Positions 28,894-38,579 are shown, counted from the stretch's first letter. The stretch is 41,742 bases of DNA from Candidatus Hydrogenedentota bacterium (GCA_034408725.1 JAWXCN010000019.1:1-41742), one strand, 5' to 3'. Notes: generated by a model from the letters alone, not told the origin. Program-made: numbers and translations.

Positions 28894-31308
28894 ATGCAGT
28901 ATCCCGGCATCAGAACGTGTTCCTGGCAAGGATTATCGATCCTCCTGCTGAGTATTTTTCTGGCGCCCATTCCCCTCCGCGCGGGCGACGATTCGATTCA
29001 GGCGCTCAAGACGTCCCTCGATGCCTTGCAAACTGACCGTGAGGCGTTGTTGCGCCGTTTGGAGTCGATAGAAAACGCCATCACCCAGCCCGCGGCGCCC
29101 AAGCAGGCCGAGCGGGTAATTACGAGCGAGGACCGCGCATTCTGGTCGTTTCAACCACTGACCCGCGCTCCGGCTCCAGTGGTGAGGAACACCGAATGGC
29201 CGCGCAACGCGATTGACGGTTTCATTCTCTCGGAACTCGAGGCTAAGGGAATTACCCCGGCGAACGAGAGCAGTCCCGCAAAACGAATCCGGCGGCTTTA
29301 CTACGATGTTATCGGGTTACCCCCGACTCCCGAAGCTGTGGCGGCGTTCGAGACGAATCCTACGCAGACCGCCTACGCCAAGGTCGTTGACGAATTGCTC
29401 GCAAGTCCCCGCTATGGAGAACGATGGGCCAGACATTGGCTCGATGTCGCCCGCTATGCGGACAGCGATGGCTACGAATTCGATCTCGAACGCCCAAACG
29501 CTTACCACTACCGCGACTTCGTGATTCGCGCGTTTAATGAAGACTTGCCGTTCAACACTTTCGTGAAATGGCAACTCGCCGGCGACGAGCTCGCGCCGGA
29601 TACGCCGATGGCCTTGGCGGCGACGGGATTCTGCACGAGCGGACCCACCATCGACAATCAACAAAGCGAACTGAACCGTTACGACGAACTCGACGACATG
29701 TTGTCGACGACCAGTGTTGCGTTTCTCGGCATGACCGTGTCTTGCGCGCGATGCCATGATCACAAGTACGACGCCATACCCACGCGCGACTATTACCGCA
29801 TGCTTTCCGCGTTCGCGACCACCAAGCGGCACAGCGCATTGCTTGCGCCGCGCGCGGAAGCTGATGCCTATACGAAACAGCTTGCGGAATGGGAAGCGAA
29901 AATGCACACCGCGCGCGCGGTTATTGATGGCTTGTTCGCGCCGGTGCGTGAATCTTTGAAGGCGTCAAAGATTCTCGCGTTGCAGGCATCCGACGCAGAC
30001 AAAGCCCTGTTGCAGGCGCCTGCCGACGATAAAAATGATGCACAAAAAGCGGCGATAAAAACCTTCGGCGAGGCCATCAAAGTCAACGATGACGAAGTGC
30101 GCAAGGTTCTCGATAGTGATATGCGCGAGACGGTTGCTGAAGCGGATCGTGCCCTCGCCGCGATCGAATTGGAGAAACCACAATCACCGCCGGTGGCATT
30201 GACACTGACCGATTCCAAACCTGTTCCCGAGGAAAGCTTTCTGTTGGCGCGAGGCAACCCCGACGCAAAGTCCGAAAAAGTCGCGCTGGGTTTCTTGAGT
30301 GTACTGCCCGGTGAAGGCGATGCGCGTTTCTCTCCTGAAACGCGCCGCGGAACTGACGCGCCCACGACATTTCAGCGCGCCGCGCTTGCAGACTGGATGA
30401 CGGACGTGGAGCACGGGGCTGGCCGTCTGACCGCCCGCGTGATCGTCAACAGGCTTTGGAACCATCATTTCGGGCGCGGAATCGTTAGTACGCCGAATGA
30501 TTTCGGCAAACAGGGAGACCGCCCCACGCACCCCGAATTATTGGATTGGCTCGCAATCGAGTTTGTCGAGAATGCATGGAGCCTGAAACATATTCAACGG
30601 CTTATCCTTTTGAGTGCAACATACCAGCAGTCGTCCGAGTTCAACGAATCGAATGCAGCGCAAGACCCGGACAACCACTTCCTCTGGCGGTTTACGCCGC
30701 AGCGGCTCGAAGCTGAAATCATTCGCGACGCGACCCTCTCGATCACGAATTGCCTAAATCAAAGGATGTACGGGCCGGGAGTTTACCCACACATGCCCGC
30801 GGACGCGGTCGCCACAGGCTCAACGCCCAAGTGGCCGTTGAATGCCACGGACGGCCCGGATACGTGGCGCCGGAGCGTCTACGTATTCGTGCGCCGCTCC
30901 GCGCGGATGCCCATGATTGAGACCTTTGATGCGCCTGACACTGTAGTCAGTTGCGGACGCCGGCTTTCGACCGTGACCCCCACGCAGTCCCTGGTGCTGA
31001 TGAACAGCGCGTTTTCCAACGGGCAGGCGACATTTTTCGCGGAGCGTATTCGCGAGGAAGTAGGAGAGGCTCCCACCGACTGGGTGTACCGCGCGTATCT
31101 CCTGGCCCTCAATCGCGCGCCAAGCGACGCCGAACTCGCATTGTCCTTGGGATTCATTGAGAAGCAAATTCAACGGCACCACCGGCAGGAAACCGCGAAA
31201 GTCCGGGCCAACGCATACGCGCTGCGGGACAAGGATATTCAGCAGGCCGCCCTGACTGACTTCGCGCAGGTTGTCCTCTGCCTCAACGAATTCGTATATG
31301 TCGATTAG
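28894..31308 (+). CDS. DUF1549 (PSCyt2) / DUF1553 (PSD1) domain protein
   Basis: FWSFQP, YGERWARHWLDVARYADSDG, QLAGD, CARCHDHKYD, RVIVNRLW..HFGRGIV.TP.DFG..G..PTHPELLDWLA, RRSVY, LNEFVYVD. Confidence 0.92.
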   Translation: MQYPGIRTCSWQGLSILLLSIFLAPIPLRAGDDSIQALKTSLDALQTDREALLRRLESIENAITQPAAPKQAERVITSEDRAFWSFQPLTRAPAPVVRNTEWPRNAIDGFILSELEAKGITPANESSPAKRIRRLYYDVIGLPPTPEAVAAFETNPTQTAYAKVVDELLASPRYGERWARHWLDVARYADSDGYEFDLERPNAYHYRDFVIRAFNEDLPFNTFVKWQLAGDELAPDTPMALAATGFCTSGPTIDNQQSELNRYDELDDMLSTTSVAFLGMTVSCARCHDHKYDAIPTRDYYRMLSAFATTKRHSALLAPRAEADAYTKQLAEWEAKMHTARAVIDGLFAPVRESLKASKILALQASDADKALLQAPADDKNDAQKAAIKTFGEAIKVNDDEVRKVLDSDMRETVAEADRALAAIELEKPQSPPVALTLTDSKPVPEESFLLARGNPDAKSEKVALGFLSVLPGEGDARFSPETRRGTDAPTTFQRAALADWMTDVEHGAGRLTARVIVNRLWNHHFGRGIVSTPNDFGKQGDRPTHPELLDWLAIEFVENAWSLKHIQRLILLSATYQQSSEFNESNAAQDPDNHFLWRFTPQRLEAEIIRDATLSITNCLNQRMYGPGVYPHMPADAVATGSTPKWPLNATDGPDTWRRSVYVFVRRSARMPMIETFDAPDTVVSCGRRLSTVTPTQSLVLMNSAFSNGQATFFAERIREEVGEAPTDWVYRAYLLALNRAPSDAELALSLGFIEKQIQRHHRQETAKVRANAYALRDKDIQQAALTDFAQVVLCLNEFVYVD

Positions 31309-31344
31309 GCGTCTCCCAGCGAAAATTGCATGGGATAGGATGGT

Positions 31345-32790
31345 ATGAGAATGAATGAAGATACGCACAACGAATGCGATTTTGGACGTAGCCAGATAGC
31401 GACCACGCGGCGGGAGTTTTTGGCCCGGACCGGCGCGGGATTCGGCATGCTCGGTCTTGCGGGTATGTTGCAATCGAACGCGCAAGCCGCCAGTCCATTC
31501 ACCGTTCGCAATGCCCAGTTTGCGCCGAAGGCGAAGTCCGTCATCTTCCTGTTCATGTATGGCGGACCGAGCGGCTTCGATCTCTTTGATTACAAACCTG
31601 ACCTCGACAAGTTTGATGGCCGCAAACTAGATTGGAAAGGCGAACTCAAACCGTTTAGTCCAAATCCCGGTCCGTTGATGAAGAGTCCATACGCATTCAA
31701 ACAATACGGGCAAAGCGGCGCGTGGGTCTCGGACAAGTATCCCGCGGTCGCGCGGTGCGTCGACGATATCGCGTTCATCAAGTCCTGCTACGCTGGCAGT
31801 AACAATCACGCGCCCGCGCTGTTTCAGATGAACACGGGCTATATTCGCGTGGGATATCCAAGCATTGGTTCGTGGCTGACGTATGGCCTGGGTACGGAAA
31901 ACCAGAACCTGCCCGGTTATGTCGTGATGTATGACCCGCGCGGGGGTCCCATCGGTGGTCCGCAGAACTGGGGCTCGGGCTTCTTGCCGAGCTCGTATCA
32001 GGCAACGCCGCTGCGGTCGAACGGTACGCCAATCATCAACCTTGAACGCCAACGTGGATTGAACGATGAACAGCAGCGGGCGCAACTCGATTTGCTCGCG
32101 CAACTCAACCAGGCGCACTTCGAGCAGCACCCGGGCGAAGCGGACCTCTCCGCGCGCATCGAAAGTTTTGAGCTGGCGTATCGCATGCAAATGGCCGCGC
32201 CCGAAGCCGTCGAGATTGCAAAAGAAAATGATGAGACGAAACAACTCTACGGTCTCGATCAGGAAAAGACGAAGTATTTCGGAAGCCAATTGCTAATTGC
32301 GCGCCGCCTGGTCGAACGTGGCGTCCGGTTTGTTCAGGTGTATAGCGGCGGCGGGCATCAACAGGACAGTTGGGATGCGCACAACGGGTTGATCGAGAAT
32401 CACGACATGCATTGCGCGGAAACGGACGTGCCCATGGCGGGGCTGCTTACCGATCTCAAACGCCGCGGCCTGCTGGATTCGACGCTCGTGATCTGGGGCG
32501 GAGAATTCGGCCGCTTGCCGGTTTCGCAGAACGGCATCGGCCGCGACCACAATCCCGACGGGTTCCTGATGTGGATGGCGGGCGGCGGAATTAAAGGCGG
32601 CACGAGCTTCGGCGAAACCGATGAAGTCGGATACAAAGCCGCGGTCGATCCCGTCTCCGTGAACGATCTTCACGCCACCGTTCTAGCGTTGTCAGGTATC
32701 GATCATGAAAAGCTCACGTATACGCACAACGGACGCAACTTCCGTCTTACGGACGTGGCGGGTAACGTCTTGCACAAAATTATTGCGTAA
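31345..32790 (+). CDS. DUF1501 family protein (Tat-like N-terminus)
   Basis: TRREFL, KAKSVIFLFMYGGPS, ELAYRMQ, ARRLVERGVRFVQ, WDAH, WGGEFGRLP, GRDH, RLTDVAG. Confidence 0.93.
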   Translation: MRMNEDTHNECDFGRSQIATTRREFLARTGAGFGMLGLAGMLQSNAQAASPFTVRNAQFAPKAKSVIFLFMYGGPSGFDLFDYKPDLDKFDGRKLDWKGELKPFSPNPGPLMKSPYAFKQYGQSGAWVSDKYPAVARCVDDIAFIKSCYAGSNNHAPALFQMNTGYIRVGYPSIGSWLTYGLGTENQNLPGYVVMYDPRGGPIGGPQNWGSGFLPSSYQATPLRSNGTPIINLERQRGLNDEQQRAQLDLLAQLNQAHFEQHPGEADLSARIESFELAYRMQMAAPEAVEIAKENDETKQLYGLDQEKTKYFGSQLLIARRLVERGVRFVQVYSGGGHQQDSWDAHNGLIENHDMHCAETDVPMAGLLTDLKRRGLLDSTLVIWGGEFGRLPVSQNGIGRDHNPDGFLMWMAGGGIKGGTSFGETDEVGYKAAVDPVSVNDLHATVLALSGIDHEKLTYTHNGRNFRLTDVAGNVLHKIIA

Positions 32791-32795
32791 TTCTC

Positions 32796-33734
32796 TTACG
32801 TGCGCTTGTGCTGGGCGAAGAACTCCCAAATCACGTCCGATGCTTTGATATCGTAGGTCGTGTTGCCCATCAAAATATCCGGCAGATTGATTCGGCCTCC
32901 CGGCCATGTATGACCACCGCCGCGTACGCCGTAGAGCACGACGTCGCCGGCGCTGCCGCCTGCATACGTTTCACGGAATACTTGCGCGCCGTCGTCGGGG
33001 TCAGTGTCAGGCAGTTCCTCCCGCAAAGGAGATTCGCTGTCGCAGGAATTGGACTTTGCCCAAAACCGGGCTGAATCAGGCGCGCTGAGATAATCTATCA
33101 TACGCGACGGACCTTCAAATACCTCTCCACCGGACCACGGCAGGAACGGGTCCTCCTTTCCATGAATGATCAAGAACGGCAACGAACTCTTGGGTTGAAC
33201 GTGGCTCGGCCATTTTTTGGGAAGTGTTGTCATAACCGTGGCAGCTGCCGCGAACCGCTCGGGAAATTCACCCGCTATGCGTTGTGCCATAAGACCACCC
33301 TGCGAAGCGCCGGTTACATATACGCGGCTCTTATCAATCGCAAAGGTTTCACACAATCTGTCGAGCAACGCGGTGATGAACGCAACATCGTCCAGCGGTT
33401 CCGCGATCAACTCTAACGGATCCGCCGGATTTGAATTCCACATCCGATCACGCCCATCCGGATAAACAACGATGAAGCCTTCTCGATCAGCAATCGCGTT
33501 GAATCCCGTGAGCATTTCCATCGTTCGTCCGGTGCAACCGAATGGATGCAAGGCGATGAGCAGCGGGATGGGTGTTTTGTCGTACGTATCGGGAACGTGA
33601 ACGATATAACTACGCGCTACACCGTCAACCGCGATGAACCCATTCAAAGTCTTTCCACTCGGACAAGACGTCAGAAACATCGTTGCGAGTAACAATGCAA
33701 TAGCAGCTCGCACTACTTTTAATCTGTTTTGCAT
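32796..33734 (-). CDS. PHB-depolymerase/LpqP-like alpha/beta-hydrolase esterase, probable lipoprotein
   Basis: GFIVVYPDG, DDVAFI, GASQGG nucleophile elbow, HGKEDP, GGGHTWPG; lipobox-like LTSC. Confidence 0.85.
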   Translation of the reverse strand: MQNRLKVVRAAIALLLATMFLTSCPSGKTLNGFIAVDGVARSYIVHVPDTYDKTPIPLLIALHPFGCTGRTMEMLTGFNAIADREGFIVVYPDGRDRMWNSNPADPLELIAEPLDDVAFITALLDRLCETFAIDKSRVYVTGASQGGLMAQRIAGEFPERFAAAATVMTTLPKKWPSHVQPKSSLPFLIIHGKEDPFLPWSGGEVFEGPSRMIDYLSAPDSARFWAKSNSCDSESPLREELPDTDPDDGAQVFRETYAGGSAGDVVLYGVRGGGHTWPGGRINLPDILMGNTTYDIKASDVIWEFFAQHKRT

Positions 33735-33965
33735 AACCGCTCCTTTCTTTGCCGGTGGTTATGCCTGCCTTCTCGTCATCCCTCCTAACGGTTGGAGCGT
33801 GTGTCCGCATTTCGCAAGTTTCAGCCTAATCGCGGTTTCAGTGCCCGCCCGACAGAAGGATTTCGCGATTGTCCTACAGCATTTTGAGAAGAATCGAAGG
33901 TGGGATTCGAGAATTGATACTAAATCAGTTTATCGCAATTGAGTCACGGAAAAAGAAAATAATGC

Positions 33966-34000
33966 AAAAAACCGCCCGATCATTGAAGACCAGGCGGTTT
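33966..34000 (-). terminator. Probable terminator after msrBA
   Basis: AAACCGCC/GGCGGTTT stem with a T run on the minus strand. Confidence 0.55.
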
Positions 34001-34024
34001 CTAAAAGGCTGCGTTGTGAGTCGC

Positions 34025-35275
34025 TTATTTTTTGGTGTCGCTGATTAGTTCATCGCGCTTTTTCAGTTTCTCCGGCAACCAATACTTCACGTAAGGATAC
34101 GCGGGATTCGTTTTCGCAAAGTTCTGATGATATTCCTCCGCCGGATGGAACGTCTTAAACGGTTCGAGTGTTGTCTCGATGGGTTTTGCTCCGAACAGTT
34201 TGGCGGCGTCGAGTTGCGCAATGTATTTTTCCGCGACTTCTTTCTGCTTGTCGCCGATATAGAAAATCGCCGATCTGTATTGCGTGCCGGTGTCCGGTCC
34301 CTGGGCATTGAGTTGTGTCGGGTTGTGCGTGCCCATGAAAATGCGCATCAACTCGCCATACGTGAGTTTCGATGCGTCATAGGTAATTTCAATGGCTTCG
34401 GCGTGCCCGGTGTCGCCTGCGCTGACGTCGTCGTAATTCGCCTTGGCGGGATCGCCACCGGCGTAACCGGAAACAACATCTTTCACACCTGGCAAATCCT
34501 CGAAGACTGCTTCCGTACACCAGAAGCATCCGCCGGCAAACACGGCCTTGGCGTCTTGCGCGCTCTCGGCCTTTGGCGTGTCGATCGTGGGCAGCGGCAA
34601 CCGCGTCACGGCCTTGGGGATTTCTGCCGGCGCAGCATTGGCGGCCAAGCTGGCAACGGGTATTTCTTCTCCGACGGTTTTGGCGTCGGCGTCATCGATG
34701 AATTTCAGAGATTCTGAATTAAGGCAGAAGCGAAGGCCTGTCGGTTTCGGGCCATCTTCAAATACGTGTCCGAGATGCCCTTCGCAACGCGCGCACATTA
34801 CCTCAGTCCGCAACATGCCGTGGCTAATGTCACGCTCCTCAAGAATATTCTCTTTCGCGACCGGCTGGAAAAAACTGGGCCAACCGGTCCCGGATTCGAA
34901 TTTAGACCCGGAATGAAACAGGGGCAGGTTGCAACCGATGCAAAGGTAGTACCCCTTTTTTTTGTTATCCAGTAGCGTTCCGCAAAACGGGCGCTCGGTG
35001 CCTTTTGATCTAGAGACGACGTACTGTTCTGGAGTCAGCAGTTTCTGCCATTCCCCGTCTGTCCGCTCGACTTTCGCCACGCTGACCGGGTCCGTGAGCT
35101 GGCCGTCTTTCCCAATAATTCGCACGGTGATCATGTCCGAGTTCTCCGAGTTTGCCGTGTTCGCGGCGAGAGGGGCGCCGTATACGCGCGCGACCGCGCG
35201 AAGTCCCAAACCAGCGGCTAGTGCACAAATGCCGGCTAGCGCCACAGCCGTCATTCGTAGGGATAAAGATTTCAT
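34025..35275 (-). CDS. msrAB: Exported bifunctional peptide-methionine sulfoxide reductase MsrB-MsrA
   Basis: MsrB: GTERPF, CIGC, SGTGWPSF, CARCEGHLGHVF, RFCLNS; MsrA: FAGGCFWC, GHAEAI, QGPDTGTQYRSAIF, AEEYHQ; N-terminal signal/anchor from MKSLSLR (35275). Confidence 0.93.
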   Translation of the reverse strand: MKSLSLRMTAVALAGICALAAGLGLRAVARVYGAPLAANTANSENSDMITVRIIGKDGQLTDPVSVAKVERTDGEWQKLLTPEQYVVSRSKGTERPFCGTLLDNKKKGYYLCIGCNLPLFHSGSKFESGTGWPSFFQPVAKENILEERDISHGMLRTEVMCARCEGHLGHVFEDGPKPTGLRFCLNSESLKFIDDADAKTVGEEIPVASLAANAAPAEIPKAVTRLPLPTIDTPKAESAQDAKAVFAGGCFWCTEAVFEDLPGVKDVVSGYAGGDPAKANYDDVSAGDTGHAEAIEITYDASKLTYGELMRIFMGTHNPTQLNAQGPDTGTQYRSAIFYIGDKQKEVAEKYIAQLDAAKLFGAKPIETTLEPFKTFHPAEEYHQNFAKTNPAYPYVKYWLPEKLKKRDELISDTKK

Positions 35276-35488
35276 GGTTAAACTACCTGTTACTCTGCAA
35301 AGTGCCAATTCCATATTTTACCGGGTTGGCACTCCGTGAGCCAACTTCTTGCATCTTCCTTAAGGAACCCCATATTTGATGGGTGAATTCCTATCCAATA
35401 GGGAACGGTGCGCTGAACTGGGGGCGATTGAAGGTATTTGGAAGAAACTTTGATCATGTAATGGCAAGCGGTAGCTACACGCTGTCGG

Positions 35489-35775
35489 CCTTGGGCTGCG
35501 GTAGCGCAGTCCGCTTCGGACGCAGCTACCGCTTTCCATTCGGATTGCAAGTGGTCTGGTGCGGCACGTGACGCTGTTGGCCCTCGAAGGAAAAGCGGCA
35601 GCCACCCGCTTTCTATTCGGATTGCAAGTGTTCTGGAGCGGCACGTGGAGCTGTTGGTCCCTCGAAGGAAAAGCGGCAGCTACCGCTTTCTATTCGGATT
35701 GCAAGTGGTCTGGTGCGGCACGTGGCGCTGTTGGTCCCTCGAAGGAAAAGCGGCAGCTACCGCTCCCGCACTCCA
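35489..35775. repeat. Tandem array of three 76-78-bp units bounded by REP-like ends
   Basis: Units start at 35522, 35598, 35676 (partial fourth at 35753): GCAGCTACCGCTTT(C)..TTCGGATTGCAAGTG.TCTGG.GCGGCACGTG..GCTGTTGG.CCCTCGAAGGAAAAGCG; ends CCTTGGGCTGCGG and CCGCACTCCA. Confidence 0.9.
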
Positions 35776-35908
35776 CGGCGCGAATTTTGGACGTCATTTA
35801 TACCCTGCGATTTCGGTGTAGGATGGTATGGGTTGCCCGGCATGCAACCGGCGGGTCCAAGAAAGTATGTATTTTCGTTGCCCCATCAAAACCACTGAGG
35901 ACGACTAA

Positions 35909-37336
35909 ATGAAACTGATCGGTCTCGCAATGCTTGCATCGTGTGCCGTTTTTATCGCTCTCAGCGAAGAACGTACTGAGCCGTTCGACTCGAATCCCGA
36001 ATGGGACGGAATGAACAATCGTTCCACGGGAGAGATGCGGCCCGTCGTCCAGGACTTCGGCTATGTGGCTCCCGTGGGAAGCGAAGGTGGGCAGATTGGC
36101 GGCATGCTTACTCCCGACGGGCATCCGGCTTATTACGCCAAGAAAATTCCGGAGGCGAACTTTGACACACCACTGAACGCTTCCGGCAACATGACGATCA
36201 AAAAGGGGGCCGGAAATTTCCTGCTCGGGTTCTTCAATGCGAATACTGTCAACGACTGGCGCATGCCGAACTCGACGGTGTTTCGCATCAATGGACGCGG
36301 CGAAACATTTCACGCGCACACCGAGTACGCCACCAGCAAATGGCGCGCGGGCGCGGGCATCGTGGGTAGGTACGACGCGGAAACGGATCGGAATCATCCC
36401 ATCGAGAATCCGAGCGACATGACGTACCGGTGGACGCTGGTGTACGACCCCGCGGGCAATAACGGAAGCGGGCTCATAACGGCGACGTTGAATGACATGA
36501 AGGTGGTGATGGATGTCAGTCCCGAATTTCGACAGGACGGCGCCGCTTTCAACCGGTTCGGATTGATGCCGGTCGTCAAACATGCGGATACCGGCGGCGA
36601 GTGTTATATCGCAGACCTCGAAATTAACGGTGAGAAGATTGACCTCACCAGCGACCCGAAATGGGACGAACGGGGAAACCACGCGTCATTTTTCAGCGAT
36701 GAAACCCGGCCCCGCTTTAACTTTGGATATAGCGACACACATTATGCGGGAGGCAAGGCCGCGGGCGAAATAGGCGGACTCTTTTTCCGCGGCGATTGCC
36801 GGTACCCGGAACGGCTCGCCTACTACGGCGCGAAGACGGAACCACTGACGCTCGAGAAACCACTTCGCGCTTCCGGAAAGGTGACGTTCCGCCGCGGTGT
36901 TTCAGACAGCACGACCCTGTTCGGGTTCTTCAATGCCGAGCACAGCGTAAAAGTCTCCGATTCACAAGCCGATGGAATGCCAACAGATGTGCTTGGCTTC
37001 GCGATTGAAGGCCCTTCGGCCCAGGGTTTCTTCGCATATCCCAGCTACCGGACCCACGGCGAGGGTCGTAGCCAGGGCCGGTACGATAACCTCCCTGTTA
37101 TTTACCCCGACGGCGCATCGCATGACTGGGAATTGCGTTATGAACCTGGCGCGGCCGGCGCGCAGGGCACGCTAATTTTCATACTCGACAAGAACCCGCC
37201 GGTGGTCCATGAAATTCCGGCGGAACATATCGCCGAAGGCGCAACGTTTAACCGCTTTGGGTTCGTTACACCGTGGATCGACGGCAACGGCCAGATTGTG
37301 TATCTCGATGATTTGACGTATACGGTAAGGCAATGA
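35909..37336 (+). CDS. Secreted hypothetical protein made of two tandem ~220-aa homologous beta-rich domains
   Basis: SD GAGGA, signal-like N-terminus, paired motifs in both halves (see findings). Confidence 0.85.
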   Translation: MKLIGLAMLASCAVFIALSEERTEPFDSNPEWDGMNNRSTGEMRPVVQDFGYVAPVGSEGGQIGGMLTPDGHPAYYAKKIPEANFDTPLNASGNMTIKKGAGNFLLGFFNANTVNDWRMPNSTVFRINGRGETFHAHTEYATSKWRAGAGIVGRYDAETDRNHPIENPSDMTYRWTLVYDPAGNNGSGLITATLNDMKVVMDVSPEFRQDGAAFNRFGLMPVVKHADTGGECYIADLEINGEKIDLTSDPKWDERGNHASFFSDETRPRFNFGYSDTHYAGGKAAGEIGGLFFRGDCRYPERLAYYGAKTEPLTLEKPLRASGKVTFRRGVSDSTTLFGFFNAEHSVKVSDSQADGMPTDVLGFAIEGPSAQGFFAYPSYRTHGEGRSQGRYDNLPVIYPDGASHDWELRYEPGAAGAQGTLIFILDKNPPVVHEIPAEHIAEGATFNRFGFVTPWIDGNGQIVYLDDLTYTVRQ

Positions 37337-37366
37337 GACAACCCTTTTTGATGAAAGGATTCGAGG

Positions 37367-37975
37367 ATGAATGACCATAAAGCCGCTAAACCCGACCATC
37401 CCATTCACCAACTAATCTCCGAGCGATGGAGCCCTTACGTATTTTCAGATCGATCGGTATCTGAAAGCGATCTGCGATCCGTGTTCGAGGCGGCGCGGTG
37501 GGCGGCTTCTTCCTACAATGAGCAGCCTTGGCGTTACATCATCGCAACGCGGTCGAACGCCGCTGAGTTTGAGCGGATGCTTTCTTGCCTCGTAGAGGGT
37601 AACCAGGCATGGGCGAAGAACGTGCCGGTGCTTGCAATCGGTTGCACGAGTTTGCGGTTCGCATTGAACGGCAAGCCGAACGCCGCCGCGGTCCATGATC
37701 TCGGACTTGCGAGCGCGACGCTCAGCTTGGAAGCAACGGCGCGAGGACTGTCCGTGCATCAGATGATTGGCATCCTTCCCGACAAGGTGCGGGAGATTTA
37801 TCACGTTCCGGAGGATGCGCAGCCATTGACAGCGTTGGCTATCGGTTATGCCGCCGATCCGGACACGGCATCGGAAGAAATGCGTAAACGCGATCTCGCG
37901 CCGCGCGCGCGGAAGAAAATCGCGGAGTTCGTATTCGAAGGATCATGGGGCACGGCATCGGGCTTGGTGGGCTGA
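37367..37975 (+). CDS. Nitroreductase family protein
   Basis: ERWSPYVF, FEAARWAASSYNEQPWRY, HDLGLA, RGLSVHQM.G, AIGY, R.RK. Confidence 0.92.
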   Translation: MNDHKAAKPDHPIHQLISERWSPYVFSDRSVSESDLRSVFEAARWAASSYNEQPWRYIIATRSNAAEFERMLSCLVEGNQAWAKNVPVLAIGCTSLRFALNGKPNAAAVHDLGLASATLSLEATARGLSVHQMIGILPDKVREIYHVPEDAQPLTALAIGYAADPDTASEEMRKRDLAPRARKKIAEFVFEGSWGTASGLVG

Positions 37976-38028
37976 CGGGCTACTCGAATTATTTCGGCTT
38001 GGATTACGAAAGGCCCGGAATGAAATGC

Positions 38029-38061
38029 AGCGGGGACGCCCTTATCCGGGGCGTCCCCGCT
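38029..38061. terminator. Strong hairpin between convergent nitroreductase and PilZ genes
   Basis: 13-bp perfect stem AGCGGGGACGCCC/GGGCGTCCCCGCT with a 7-nt loop; weak U-tract. Confidence 0.6.
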
Positions 38062-38120
38062 ACGGAACTCGAAGCACTCGCCTGAGGTAGTTCGTGCCTC
38101 TGAGAGGGGTGTGGCGATTC

Positions 38121-38579
38121 TTACACGGCGGCGTAAGCCGGTGTGTTGGTCCGGGTATTCAAATGACCCACGAGATCGAAGCGTTCATCTTCCGTCAGGT
38201 CGATGAACCGTACACCGAAATCGTGCAGCCGGTTCGGCATTTGTTTTGTCCAAACGACGCGGCCTTTGCACTCGATGGATTGCGCGCCGCGGCCAAGCTG
38301 CATGCGCACGATCACGGGCTCGCCCGCGGCCGCGGGACGCACGCTGCTGAATCGCGCGCCTTCGGCGCTGACATCGCGCGATACCGTGCCTCGCGTAACG
38401 GCGTCGCCATAGAATTCAATCCATGCCGCAACCGGTACCGCGAATCGTTCGTGCCGTCGTTCGTTTGTTTTCTGGTCCATCGTCCTAACCCCGGCGTTGC
38501 CGTCGGAGTCCCCGAAAAGATCGACGATTCGTCCATCGAACCGTGCCAACTGATTTTGTAATGTAGTCGAGAGTCTCAT
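38121..38579 (-). CDS. Stand-alone PilZ-domain protein
   Basis: ERRHERF (RxxxR) and DVSAEG (DxSxxG) c-di-GMP motifs, GRVVW, GVRF; start may be the internal MDQK. Confidence 0.85.
   Translation of the reverse strand: MRLSTTLQNQLARFDGRIVDLFGDSDGNAGVRTMDQKTNERRHERFAVPVAAWIEFYGDAVTRGTVSRDVSAEGARFSSVRPAAAGEPVIVRMQLGRGAQSIECKGRVVWTKQMPNRLHDFGVRFIDLTEDERFDLVGHLNTRTNTPAYAAV

Noticed and set aside
34025-35275. Selenocysteine or recoding in Msr
   Set aside because: Catalytic positions are ordinary Cys codons in an uninterrupted frame
35522-35765. CRISPR array
   Set aside because: The segments between the palindromes are near-identical rather than unique spacers; no cas genes or leader
35360-35912. 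Short ORFs across the tandem array
   Set aside because: Repetitive translations of non-coding repeats without RBS
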